Shown piece by piece: positions 1 through 17,285 of a stretch of DNA of 32,000 bases. Both the position numbers and the translations under genes were made by a program. The DNA comes from Erysipelothrix larvae (GTDB taxonomy: Bacteria > Bacillota_I > Bacilli_A > Erysipelotrichales > Erysipelotrichaceae): contig NZ_CP013213.1 of the NCBI RefSeq assembly GCF_001545095.1, positions 2,130,001 to 2,162,000 of the forward strand, given 5' to 3'. Numbering within the stretch: position 1 is the stretch's first letter; each line of letters begins with the position of its first letter. The notes below the pieces were generated by a model, which was not told the DNA's origin, searched no databases, and saw nothing but the letters and a program-made list of their open reading frames with translations.

Positions 1-537
1 TATCTGATCCACTAAGATCAGTTCATAGGGTTCAAAGATATAGCTCTTGGTTTGACGTGGGTTCTTTTGATAGGTAATGGATACCCGTTGATGATGTTCA
101 ATCGCTTGTTCTAATGTTTTAATATGGGTTTGATATTGAACGCCATCCACATTCAGACGAACACTTTTAAATGCAGAAACGGACACATGATTTCCGGATA
201 GATCAAACTGATGATAGAGCTTAGAAATTGCACGCACAAAATCACTTCCAAAGGAAGTGTCTTGTTGCGACAACAGCGTCTCTAAGCCCTGTCTCACATG
301 ATTTATTTCCTCAGTGGTAAAGGCTAGTGGATGAATCTGTGATGAATTCATGAGCCTATATCCCCCACCTGGGCCCATAATCGTTTCGATGCGATAACCG
401 ATATACTCCAAATCATCACGCATGCGCTGTACAGTTCGTGGTGTCACATTGAATTCTTGGGCCAATTCTTGAATGGACACAATTGATCGCGTTGAAAGCA
501 TATCAAGCATCAGTAAGGTATCAGTAAGTCGACTCAT
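1..537 (-). CDS. WYL-domain transcriptional regulator (N-terminal HTH plus WYL; YafY/DriD/PafBC-like). Only the first 179 codons are present; the C-terminus lies beyond the left edge.
   Basis: My own reverse-strand translation from the ATG at 537 gives MSRLTDTLLMLDMLSTRSIVSIQELAQEFNVTPRTVQRMRDDLEYIGYRIETIMGPGGGYRL (DeoR/HTH_11-like). It continues to ...HHQRVSITYQKNPRQTKSYIFEPYELILVDQI, the start of a WYL domain. The frame is open to position 1 (checked codon by codon). It is absent from the ORF track because it has no stop in the window. Its ATG overlaps the TGA of the upstream gene (ATGA at 534-537). Confidence 0.8.
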   Translation of the reverse strand, partial: MSRLTDTLLMLDMLSTRSIVSIQELAQEFNVTPRTVQRMRDDLEYIGYRIETIMGPGGGYRLMNSSQIHPLAFTTEEINHVRQGLETLLSQQDTSFGSDFVRAISKLYHQFDLSGNHVSVSAFKSVRLNVDGVQYQTHIKTLEQAIEHHQRVSITYQKNPRQTKSYIFEPYELILVDQI

Positions 538-1085
538 AATAACGCTTCACTTCTCACAGTATAGATTCGTGTTAAGAGTAAATCAAACTCTTCAAACGAA
601 CCAGCAATCTGACATAACCCGCCCAATGTTAACTCAGGAAGTACACTACTTACCTCAACGATACATTGTCGTGCAAGCAATTCACCATTCATCACACTGC
701 CCTTAAAGGTCGATCCAGTATAATCTTGGACAAAATCAATGGTAAACTGTAGCCCTAAGTCACGACTTGCGGTTAATAGATTGGGTTCATTGGTTCCAAA
801 GTAATCAAATAAAGTTGCTTGACCACTCACAATCAAACTGTTCGCTTTAGACGTATTGAACGCAACGCGATATAACATACTGTAGGCTTTATTGAAGCGA
901 ATTTCATTATAAAAATCATTCGCATCATAACTCGTTTCAAACACCAATGTTACCGATATATCCTTGGAGAACTCTAAACCAAAACGCTTCGTAAACTGAA
1001 GTTTAGATTGTCTCATCAGTTCTTGAATATCATCCATCTGCATTTCCTGGGTAAACTCTTTAATTGAATAGCTGCTTTTTTTCAT
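534..1085 (-). CDS. Hypothetical protein, 183 aa, no family recognised; first gene of the WYL-regulator operon
   Basis: ORF track 534..1106. I prefer the ATG at 1085 (MKKSSYSIKEF...) because AAGAGGTGG lies 5 nt upstream. The protein is soluble, with no TM segment or motif I recognise. Its stop overlaps the regulator start. Confidence 0.7.
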   Translation of the reverse strand: MKKSSYSIKEFTQEMQMDDIQELMRQSKLQFTKRFGLEFSKDISVTLVFETSYDANDFYNEIRFNKAYSMLYRVAFNTSKANSLIVSGQATLFDYFGTNEPNLLTASRDLGLQFTIDFVQDYTGSTFKGSVMNGELLARQCIVEVSSVLPELTLGGLCQIAGSFEEFDLLLTRIYTVRSEALL

Positions 1086-1105
1086 ATCTGCCACCTCTTG
1101 ATTCA

Positions 1106-1141
1106 ATTATAGTATAAGTATACGACAGTTTCAGTCGTATA
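1106..1141 (-). promoter_or_regulatory. Promoter with palindromic operator: TATACGAC-TGAAACT-GTCGTATA (1119-1141), 5 nt, then -10 TATAAT (1106-1111)
   Basis: Reverse strand reads TATACGACTGAAACTGTCGTATACTTATACTATAAT, with perfect 8-bp inverted arms and a 7-nt spacer. CTGAAA inside the spacer can serve as the -35. The same 22-nt core recurs at 28058-28079 with identical spacing to a -10 element. Confidence 0.55.
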
Positions 1142-1531
1142 TTAAAAACTTTTCAAAAAAAATTTTTTAAACCTTAAATTCCACCTTTTCTTAAGGTAAG
1201 AGGCATAACTCCATCAAGACAAACTTCATAATCACTTCAATCAAACAATCACGTGAGCCGATAATTTACACTTTGACACTATCTTTGAAAGAAACCAATG
1301 AAACAATTGAACCGATTAGTAGAATGCGCTGGGAAAGCATATCAGAGTATTACCACATCATGTGCGAAACCGTATATCAAACTTGCGATGGATTGTGTTT
1401 CGTCTAGATTCTTTTATATAGTGTGGACATTAATCTCATCAAAGCCCCTCAACGCGATATCTTTAAAGTGCTTTATTTAGGAATCCTTTCACCACGATCA
1501 AAAACACAAACCCTTATGCCTTTGTTTATCT

Positions 1532-1560
1532 AAAAAAAAGAACCCTCAAAGTGAAGGTCC
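1532..1560 (-). terminator. Intrinsic terminator of rRNA operon 1
   Basis: Reverse strand reads GGACCUUCA-CUU-UGAGGGUUC (9-bp stem including G-U pairs) followed by U8, immediately 3' of the 5S gene. Confidence 0.7.
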
Positions 1561-1567
1561 TTGATTA

Positions 1568-1681
<114 letters not shown>

Positions 1682-1779
1682 CAAATTGAGAGAATCTCTC
1701 AAAACTAAATAATAGAAAGTCGATTGATAAGTTGACGTTGTATCCTTTCGGATGTGTTGTTGTTTATAAGACGTTTGTG

Positions 1780-4683
<2,904 letters not shown>

Positions 4684-4954
4684 ACGTCATTACAACCTCA
4701 GCCTGCATAAGACTGGATTGCGCTTTGTTTTTTTTATGTGTTCGCTTTGTTTGTTTGCTTAAGTTACTGTTAAATTGCTTTTTAACTTTGACTTTGTGTT
4801 CTTAGTTTTTCAACTATCCAAAAAGATCCATTTTTTTACCTATCTGAATCTCTTCTATTATTCAGTTTTCAAAGATCCTGAGATGATCGCTTCGATCTCT
4901 CAAAACTAAACAAGAAACGTGTGTACCAATTTCGACGTCTTTCTAATACTCCTT

Positions 4955-6497
<1,543 letters not shown>

Positions 6498-6641
6498 TGA
6501 TTCTTTCTCTTTTATTGTTTACTTTCATAAACACAAACTCTGACAGTTTGTTTTTGTTTTAATTTCTATTTTCGAAATTGACGTTTCTTGTTCAGTTTTC
6601 AAAGACCAATTCGTTGCCGTTCTTACCGAACCGGCTTGATA

Positions 6642-6670
6642 ATAATACCATTACACCTACCACAAGTCAA
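6642..6670 (-). promoter_or_regulatory. rRNA operon 1 promoter: TTGACT-17-TATTAT with an A/T-rich UP-like tract upstream
   Basis: Reverse strand reads TTGACTtgtggtaggtgtaatggTATTAT. The element is duplicated in copy 2. Confidence 0.55.
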
Positions 6671-6757
6671 CACTATTCTTCATCTTTTTTCACTTAATTT
6701 TTAAAAAAAATTATCACCCCTAAATAAGGTGCTTTAATGAGCCCAAGAACAATAGTA

Positions 6758-6780
6758 ATTGAGCGCTTTGAGCGCTCAAT
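6758..6780 (-). terminator. Perfect GC-cored hairpin ATTGAGCGC-N5-GCGCTCAAT; possible terminator or insulator between the insert genes and the rRNA operon 1 promoter
   Basis: 9-bp perfect inverted repeat with a 5-nt loop. On the minus strand it is followed by UACUAUUGUUCUU (only moderately U-rich), and there is no U-run on the plus strand. Confidence 0.35.
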
Positions 6781-6897
6781 TTGCAATCCATCACTCACCC
6801 TTGGCCAGAGTTTTCTCTCTTCAGTTTCCTCCGCACCAGAAAAGCATGTGCCTATGAATATAAAAACAATGCCAATAGGCGTATTGCCAACACAAGT

Positions 6898-7077
6898 TTA
6901 ATTTCGAATCAAAGCATCACGAATAACCCAATCAAGTATGTGATTCGCGCAAAGGATTACAATTCCAGACACAATCAAAGAGACTGCAATTTTCAATTGT
7001 CTTTCTTGAATTAGCACGCCCACAAGAACAAGGACCGATACAACCGACAATCTTAAGGTTTTACCAAAATACAACAT
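6898..7077 (-). CDS. Possible small membrane protein, 59 aa, two hydrophobic helices (below the ORF-track cutoff)
   Basis: My translation: MLYFGKTLRLSVVSVLVLVGVLIQERQLKIAVSLIVSGIVILCANHILDWVIRDALIRN, ending in TAA. The RBS is weak and too close (AAGTGGG abuts the ATG). Same strand as, and 170 nt downstream of, the 187-aa gene. Confidence 0.3.
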   Translation of the reverse strand: MLYFGKTLRLSVVSVLVLVGVLIQERQLKIAVSLIVSGIVILCANHILDWVIRDALIRN

Positions 7078-7248
7078 CCCACTTCATATCAGGAACTAAG
7101 ACTAATATTAAATTGATCCTGGCGAAATCTATCGCACGTTAATTCTTTCATTTCAAAGTCAGAAGAGTCAAACTCTCATCTTCTAACTATAATATACGAA
7201 AAAACTCTAAAAATCCATTAAGTATTTCTTATTGTTTGCATATAAATC

Positions 7249-7812
7249 TTAAATAAACAATCCGAATGTTAGGCAGATAAAAAACAATGCAAAGCCTACC
7301 AAAGAGCATCTCATCCCTATTGTATATTTCCGATATTTCTTGGAACAGATGATGGAATTGATATAAATTTGTGAGACGATATGATTCATATACTCCTCTT
7401 CTGTCATGTGCAATAAAGAATCCTTATATTTATCGTACGATTCAAACATTACAATGCCACCAAAAAAAATCTTTGATTTTTGTTCAAATTCTAACCCTTT
7501 AATATCCTTCCCTTCTACTTTTGGAATCAATACAAAGATCAAAGTAATAATCCCAACCATAATGAAGAGAACTGATAATAATCCTAAAATAAAAAATATA
7601 AAGTGCATGACAGAATTAAGTTTAAGTGATTCTATAGTAATTTCTTGGATTATTGAAGGGCATTCTGTCGAGAATACTATGGTAAAAAGTCCCGCGAAGA
7701 CAGCGAGTAATATTGATGTCTTATTATCACAGTTTTGCACAAACCCAATTGTACGATCAAGAATATCGACTGCTTCTTCCTTTGTTATTGCATGCTTCGA
7801 AGACTCCATCAT
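7249..7812 (-). CDS. 3-TM membrane protein, 187 aa, resembling Pycsar TM effectors (PycTM / DUF5706-like); no cyclase partner in the window
   Basis: ORF track. RBS GAAAGGTGA lies 4 nt before the ATG. Architecture: N-terminal helix with ..NCDNKTSILLAVFAGLF.. (TM1), then TM2 MHFIFFILGLLSVLFIMVGIITLIFVLIP, then KSKIFFGGIVMFESYDKYKDSLLHMTEEEYMNHIVSQIYINSIICSKKYRKY, then a C-terminal TM. I matched this to the DUF5706/PycTM pattern (DxKxS-ILLA...IFFGxI...EEY...QIYxxSxIxxxKY) from memory only. CDS confidence is high; family assignment is about 0.45. Confidence 0.8.
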   Translation of the reverse strand: MMESSKHAITKEEAVDILDRTIGFVQNCDNKTSILLAVFAGLFTIVFSTECPSIIQEITIESLKLNSVMHFIFFILGLLSVLFIMVGIITLIFVLIPKVEGKDIKGLEFEQKSKIFFGGIVMFESYDKYKDSLLHMTEEEYMNHIVSQIYINSIICSKKYRKYTIGMRCSLVGFALFFICLTFGLFI

Positions 7813-7848
7813 GGTGTCACCTTTCTATATTTAAGATAAATCTTATTT

Positions 7849-7877
7849 ATTGTTATAAATTATATCATAGCTGCACA
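7849..7877 (-). promoter_or_regulatory. Candidate promoter TTGTTT-17-TATAAT for the 187-aa gene
   Basis: Reverse strand reads TTGTTTagcatgtgcagctatgaTATAAT. It abuts the terminator of rRNA operon 2. Confidence 0.4.
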
Positions 7878-7895
7878 TGCTAAACAAAGATATCT

Positions 7896-7924
7896 AAAAA
7901 AAAGAACCCTCAAAGTGAAGGTCC
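7896..7924 (-). terminator. Intrinsic terminator of rRNA operon 2
   Basis: Identical to 1532-1560. Confidence 0.7.
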
Positions 7925-7931
7925 TTGATTA

Positions 7932-8045
<114 letters not shown>

Positions 8046-8143
8046 CAAATTGAGAGAATCTCTCAAAACTAAATAATAGAAAGTCGATTGATAAGTTGAC
8101 GTTGTATCCTTTCGGATGTGTTGTTGTTTATAAGACGTTTGTG

Positions 8144-11047
<2,904 letters not shown>

Positions 11048-11318
11048 ACGTCATTACAACCTCAGCCTGCATAAGACTGGATTGCGCTTTGTTTTTTTTA
11101 TGTGTTCGCTTTGTTTGTTTGCTTAAGTTACTGTTAAATTGCTTTTTAACTTTGACTTTGTGTTCTTAGTTTTTCAACTATCCAAAAAGATCCATTTTTT
11201 TACCTATCTGAATCTCTTCTATTATTCAGTTTTCAAAGATCCTGAGATGATCGCTTCGATCTCTCAAAACTAAACAAGAAACGTGTGTACCAATTTCGAC
11301 GTCTTTCTAATACTCCTT

Positions 11319-12861
<1,543 letters not shown>

Positions 12862-13006
12862 TGATTCTTTCTCTTTTTTTGTTTATCTTATATAAACACA
12901 AACTCTGACAGTTTGTTTTTGTTTTAATTTCTATTTTCGAAATTGACGTTTCTTGTTCAGTTTTCAAAGACCAATTCGTTGCCGTTCTTACCGAACCGGC
13001 TTGATA

Positions 13007-13035
13007 ATAATACCATTACACCTACCACAAGTCAA
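13007..13035 (-). promoter_or_regulatory. rRNA operon 2 promoter: TTGACT-17-TATTAT
   Basis: Same sequence as 6642-6670, with an A/T-rich tract upstream (13036-13080). Confidence 0.55.
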
Positions 13036-13171
13036 CACTATTCTTCATCTTTTTTACTTTATTTTTATTTTATTCATTTTAGGTGATATTACGTGGCTAT
13101 TTACTGTGTTTTGCGCTTGTTTGATATCGATTTATCCGCTAAGGTCACCGGGTAATTATCGAATCTTCTTC

Positions 13172-13215
13172 AAAAAAAAGAACCCTTTTTTATGCATCAT
13201 CATAAATCAGGGTTC
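13172..13215 (-). terminator. Terminator of the V-ATPase operon
   Basis: Reverse strand reads GGAACCCUGA-UUUAUG-augaug-CAUAAA-AA-AGGGUUC followed by U8, starting 7 nt after the ntpD stop. Confidence 0.6.
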
Positions 13216-13221
13216 CTAGGA

Positions 13222-13830
13222 TTACTTCACTTTCATGACCCGTGCCTTTTGGCTTCGTTCATGATCGTCTATTTTCATTTTAATGTACGCAATTGTTTCT
13301 TTTGTATCTGGAATCGTACGGTGTTCCAAAGCATTCACACGACGGCGTGTTTCTTTGATCTCACTCGCAAGAACCATACATCTTTTTTCAAGCTCAGCAA
13401 GTTTTACCAATTCCGGTAACATTTGCGCATACATCGCTTCAATTTGCAAGACTTCATGCGATATTGTAAAGACACTGCGTGAAGATACTTCTTGGTCTTC
13501 GATGTTTAAGTCATACTTCAAGACTCGAACCCCCAGTTCATGTTCACGATGCGCATCCACATGGGCATCCAAGGTTTTCTTACTGAGGTGTTTTTCAATG
13601 TGTGAGGCATCAGAGTTTAAAGATGCAACGTGATATAATCCGTACATCTTTTCAAACTCATAGTCAACACGACGGCGTTGGTTCTTCGTTTCCTCACTTA
13701 AATGAAGGAATCGTTGGACCAGTGAATCTTGTTTCTCTTTTAAAAGTTTATGACCTCGACTGGCAATTTGGAGTTTGCGCTCTAGATTGCGCATTTCCAT
13801 CCGTGTTGGATTCACCCGAAGGCGTGTCAT
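13222..13830 (-). CDS. ntpD: V-type ATPase subunit D
   Basis: [37 protein letters not shown]... is the typical subunit D N-terminus. ATGA overlap with the ntpB stop. Last gene of the operon. Confidence 0.9.
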   Translation of the reverse strand: MTRLRVNPTRMEMRNLERKLQIASRGHKLLKEKQDSLVQRFLHLSEETKNQRRRVDYEFEKMYGLYHVASLNSDASHIEKHLSKKTLDAHVDAHREHELGVRVLKYDLNIEDQEVSSRSVFTISHEVLQIEAMYAQMLPELVKLAELEKRCMVLASEIKETRRRVNALEHRTIPDTKETIAYIKMKIDDHERSQKARVMKVK

Positions 13831-15203
13831 GATGTCTCTCCATGATAATAGGTAATTAAGAATTCATCACGCACACGTTTGAGTTCTGTTTTCGGCAACA
13901 TCCCTAAGAGCTTCCATGCAATATCTAATGATTCAGTAACCGATCTGTTTTCATAAAACCCTTGATCTAGGAAATCTTTTTCAAAGGCACGGGCAAAGGA
14001 TGCATATTGCAAGTCTAGATCCGATAAAGCACTTTCTCCAAGGATACTTGCAAGTTCAATGGTTTCTTTACCTTTAGCATAGCTTGCGAACAGTTGGTTC
14101 ATTACATCGGAGTGGTCCTTGCGGGTTTTCCCATCACCGATTCCCTTGTCTTTAAGTCGACTTAGGCTGGGTAAAACATCCACTGGCGGTTCAATACCAC
14201 TGCGTTTTAAATCACGCGATAGAATAATTTGTCCTTCGGTGATATAGCCGGTTAAGTCTGGAATTGGGTGTGTTTTGTCATCTTCAGGCATGGATAGAAT
14301 TGGGATCAATGTCACTGAACCCTCTCGATCTTGAAGCCGTCCTGCACGTTCATACAGCGTTGCAAGGTCGGTGTACATATACCCTGGATAGCCTCTTCGT
14401 CCTGGAATCTCTTTGCGTGATGCAGAGATTTCACGCAATGCTTCACAGTAATAGTTCATATCACTCATAATTACAATGACATGCATGCCTTTTTCAAAGG
14501 CAAGGTATTCTGCCGTTGTGAGTGCCATTCGTGGTGTCGAGATGCGTTCAATGGCTGGATCATTTGCAAGATTCATAAAGAGCACTGAGCGTTCAAGTGC
14601 ACCTGTACGCTTGAATTCGTCTTCAAAAAACCGTGCTTCTTCATAAGAGATTCCCATCGCACAAAAGACAACCGCAAAGTCGATGGATTCATCCAAGACT
14701 TTTGCTTGACGTGCGATTTGTGTCGCCAATTCATTATGTGGTAACCCCGCACCAGAGAATATTGGAAGTTTTTGTCCTACAACCAAGGTGTTTAAAACAT
14801 CGATTGCGGAAATGCCGGTTTGTAAGAATTGATTGGGAAACATCCGTAATACAGGGTTCATAACCTTCCCGTTGATATCGCGTCGTTCATAGGACAACAG
14901 TTCTGGACCCCCATCGATGATGCGTCCTTTACCATCAAAAATCCGCCCCATCATTTCATCGGAAACTTTCAGTTTCATGGGTTCCCCTTTAAATCGAATG
15001 CGCGTACTTTCGGGGCGAATTCCCATGTTTGATTCATACAGTTGCACGACTGCAGAGGTTCCATCAACTTCAAGGACTTTTCCAATACGGACATCATCTT
15101 CATCTACAAAGATTTCGACTTCTTCATCATATTGGATGTTTTCAACTCCATCCACAATTAACAAAGGTCCGACAACTTCTCGGATTGTTTTATACTCACG
15201 CAT
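13827..15203 (-). CDS. ntpB: V-type ATPase subunit B (458 aa)
   Basis: [21 protein letters not shown]... plus conserved B-subunit blocks. I chose the ATG at 15203 (GGAGGTG 9 nt upstream) rather than the ORF-track GTG at 15215, which lies inside the RBS. Confidence 0.93.
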   Translation of the reverse strand: MREYKTIREVVGPLLIVDGVENIQYDEEVEIFVDEDDVRIGKVLEVDGTSAVVQLYESNMGIRPESTRIRFKGEPMKLKVSDEMMGRIFDGKGRIIDGGPELLSYERRDINGKVMNPVLRMFPNQFLQTGISAIDVLNTLVVGQKLPIFSGAGLPHNELATQIARQAKVLDESIDFAVVFCAMGISYEEARFFEDEFKRTGALERSVLFMNLANDPAIERISTPRMALTTAEYLAFEKGMHVIVIMSDMNYYCEALREISASRKEIPGRRGYPGYMYTDLATLYERAGRLQDREGSVTLIPILSMPEDDKTHPIPDLTGYITEGQIILSRDLKRSGIEPPVDVLPSLSRLKDKGIGDGKTRKDHSDVMNQLFASYAKGKETIELASILGESALSDLDLQYASFARAFEKDFLDQGFYENRSVTESLDIAWKLLGMLPKTELKRVRDEFLITYYHGETS

Positions 15204-16965
15204 GATGATCGACACCTCCCTTCAATGCTTCAAATTCTTGTTTTGCTTCGTTCACAAGGCCTTCAATGTTTCCAAGATCTTGTGATGGTATGTATTTCAT
15301 TCGTGATATTTTGTAGACCACATCCATATTGATAATATCTGCAATATAAATATGATCGTGCACTAAGTAATTGCGTGCCATTGCGTAAAACTCCATGATT
15401 ACATGAAGCATTGTTGCTTGTTTTTCATAACTTGTGAAGGTATCTTCTTCTTGGAATGCATTTTGTTGGAGGAAATCCTCACGAATCATGCGGGCAATTT
15501 CTAACTTGAGCACTTCTTGATCGGATAAGGCATCGCGTCCAATCAACTGAACAATCTCCAACAAGCGTTTTTCATCTTTCAATAAAAACATGGCTTCTTG
15601 ACGTAACTTTGAAAAATTCTTGTGGACGTTACGGCGCATATACCGGTCTAAAGACTCATCATAAAGCGAATAACTTTCAAGCCAATCAATCGCTGGGAAG
15701 TGACGTTGGTATGCAAGTTGTGAATCAAGAGCCCAAAAGACTTTCACAATCCGTAGGGTGGCTTGTGTTACCGGTTCGGATAAATCACCACCCGCTGGGG
15801 AAACCGCACCAATCATTGTGATGGATCCTTTTTCTTGGTTTTCACCCAATACATCCACAACACCTGCACGCTCATACACTTCTGCAAGTCGAGAACCCAA
15901 GTAGGCTGGATACCCTTCATCACCTGGCATCTCTTCCAGACGACCACTCATCTCACGCAGTGCTTCTGCCCATCGTGATGTTGAGTCTGCCATCATCGCA
16001 ACATCATACCCCATGTCTCTAAAGTATTCCGCGATTGTGATTCCCGTATAGATTGACGCTTCACGGGCTGCAACTGGCATGTTGGATGTGTTTGCGATGA
16101 GTACAGTTTTATCCATTAATGGGCGTCCGGTTTGGGGATCTTTAATCTCAGGAAACTCATTGAGTACATCGGTCATCTCATTACCCCGTTCACCACATCC
16201 AATATAAACAATCACTTCTGCATTGGAGTGTTTTGCGAGTTGGTGTTGGACCACAGTCTTGCCAGAACCAAACGGTCCTGGAACACAAGCCGTCCCTCCT
16301 TTCGCAACTGGGAAGAAGGTGTCAATTACACGTTGTCCTGTTACTAAAGGTTCGTAGGGCAAATGTTTTCGAACATAAGGTCTACCACGGCGGATTGGCC
16401 ATGATTGTACCATTGTCATTTCATATTTCCCTTTATCTGTATCAAGAATGCATACAATATCTTCGATTGTATATTCACCCTTCACAAGGTGGTGACACAC
16501 ACCATGAACTTGTGGTGGTACCATGATGTAATGTTTCAGACCACGTTCCATGACATATCCGATGCGATCACCGGGTTCTACATGATCTCCTTCATGGACA
16601 AGGGGTTCAAACGCCCATTTATTTTGGGTGTTCAGTGGATCAACATGGGTTCCACGTGATAGAAAATTTCCGGTCGCAAGGGCATACGCATTTAAATCAC
16701 GCCCAATCCCATCAAACATCGAAGACAACAATCCAGGTCCTAAACGCACACTTAAGGGTTGGTACAACGATTCAACCGGTTCACCCACACTAATACCAGA
16801 TGTTTCTTCATATACTTGAATGGATGCATAGGAGTCACGTATTTCAATGATTTCACCCAATAGTTTTTCATGTGACACAAGTACTGTATCAAACAGTCGT
16901 GCCCCAGGGATATCCTTAGCAACCACTAAGGGTCCTGATATTTTTTCAATAAATCCTTGGCTCAT
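15196..16965 (-). CDS. ntpA: V-type ATPase catalytic subunit A (589 aa)
   Basis: Walker A motif GPFGSGKTV, and N-terminus [17 protein letters not shown] chose the ATG at 16965 with AGGAGG 6 nt upstream. 8-nt overlap with ntpB. Confidence 0.95.
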   Translation of the reverse strand: MSQGFIEKISGPLVVAKDIPGARLFDTVLVSHEKLLGEIIEIRDSYASIQVYEETSGISVGEPVESLYQPLSVRLGPGLLSSMFDGIGRDLNAYALATGNFLSRGTHVDPLNTQNKWAFEPLVHEGDHVEPGDRIGYVMERGLKHYIMVPPQVHGVCHHLVKGEYTIEDIVCILDTDKGKYEMTMVQSWPIRRGRPYVRKHLPYEPLVTGQRVIDTFFPVAKGGTACVPGPFGSGKTVVQHQLAKHSNAEVIVYIGCGERGNEMTDVLNEFPEIKDPQTGRPLMDKTVLIANTSNMPVAAREASIYTGITIAEYFRDMGYDVAMMADSTSRWAEALREMSGRLEEMPGDEGYPAYLGSRLAEVYERAGVVDVLGENQEKGSITMIGAVSPAGGDLSEPVTQATLRIVKVFWALDSQLAYQRHFPAIDWLESYSLYDESLDRYMRRNVHKNFSKLRQEAMFLLKDEKRLLEIVQLIGRDALSDQEVLKLEIARMIREDFLQQNAFQEEDTFTSYEKQATMLHVIMEFYAMARNYLVHDHIYIADIINMDVVYKISRMKYIPSQDLGNIEGLVNEAKQEFEALKGGVDHHA

Positions 16966-16979
16966 ATCATTCCTCCTAC

Positions 16980-17285
16980 TCACTTATGAAATCCAACAGC
17001 ATCTTCAGACAGATGCTTCAAACGTTTTTGTCCCACACCCTGGTGTTCTTGACGATTCGCAAGGACATGTATGGATATGGATAAATCAGTGTTTGCGCCA
17101 TCGATTATCTTGGCATAGTGTGTATAAATTGTCTCACTGATAAAGACAATCTGATAGTGTTTATATTTAAGTTCACGAATAAAGGAGTCAAAGGGAATGC
17201 TTCCATCATAATAGATGTGTTCCATTCCTAAACTGGTCATAACCCCTTCTTCTTTTTGGGTTGAAACATAGGCAACATTACTCAT
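16980..17285 (-). CDS. ntpG: V-type ATPase subunit F (101 aa; ntpG in E. hirae nomenclature)
   Basis: Size, its position between C and A, and a C-terminal ...HQGVGQKRLKHLSEDAVG block resembling subunit F. Start ATG at 17285 with GAGGTGG 9 nt upstream; overlaps the ntpC stop. Confidence 0.75.
   Translation of the reverse strand: MSNVAYVSTQKEEGVMTSLGMEHIYYDGSIPFDSFIRELKYKHYQIVFISETIYTHYAKIIDGANTDLSISIHVLANRQEHQGVGQKRLKHLSEDAVGFHK

Noticed and set aside
473-1480. Plus-strand ORFs 473-706 and 1298-1480
   Set aside because: The first is antisense to the WYL regulator and 183-aa genes. The second has no RBS and a low-complexity product in a region full of stops in the other frames.
6781-7834. Plus-strand ORFs 6781-7014 and 7406-7834
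   Set aside because: They are antisense to the hydrophobic micro-ORF and to the PycTM-like gene respectively. They have no RBS, and their composition is the mirror image of membrane-protein codons.
13283-16819. Plus-strand ORFs of 60-122 aa inside ntpD, ntpB and ntpA (for example 13283-13633, 14917-15285, 16233-16526)
   Set aside because: They are antisense to strongly supported ATPase genes, with low-complexity translations and no RBS.
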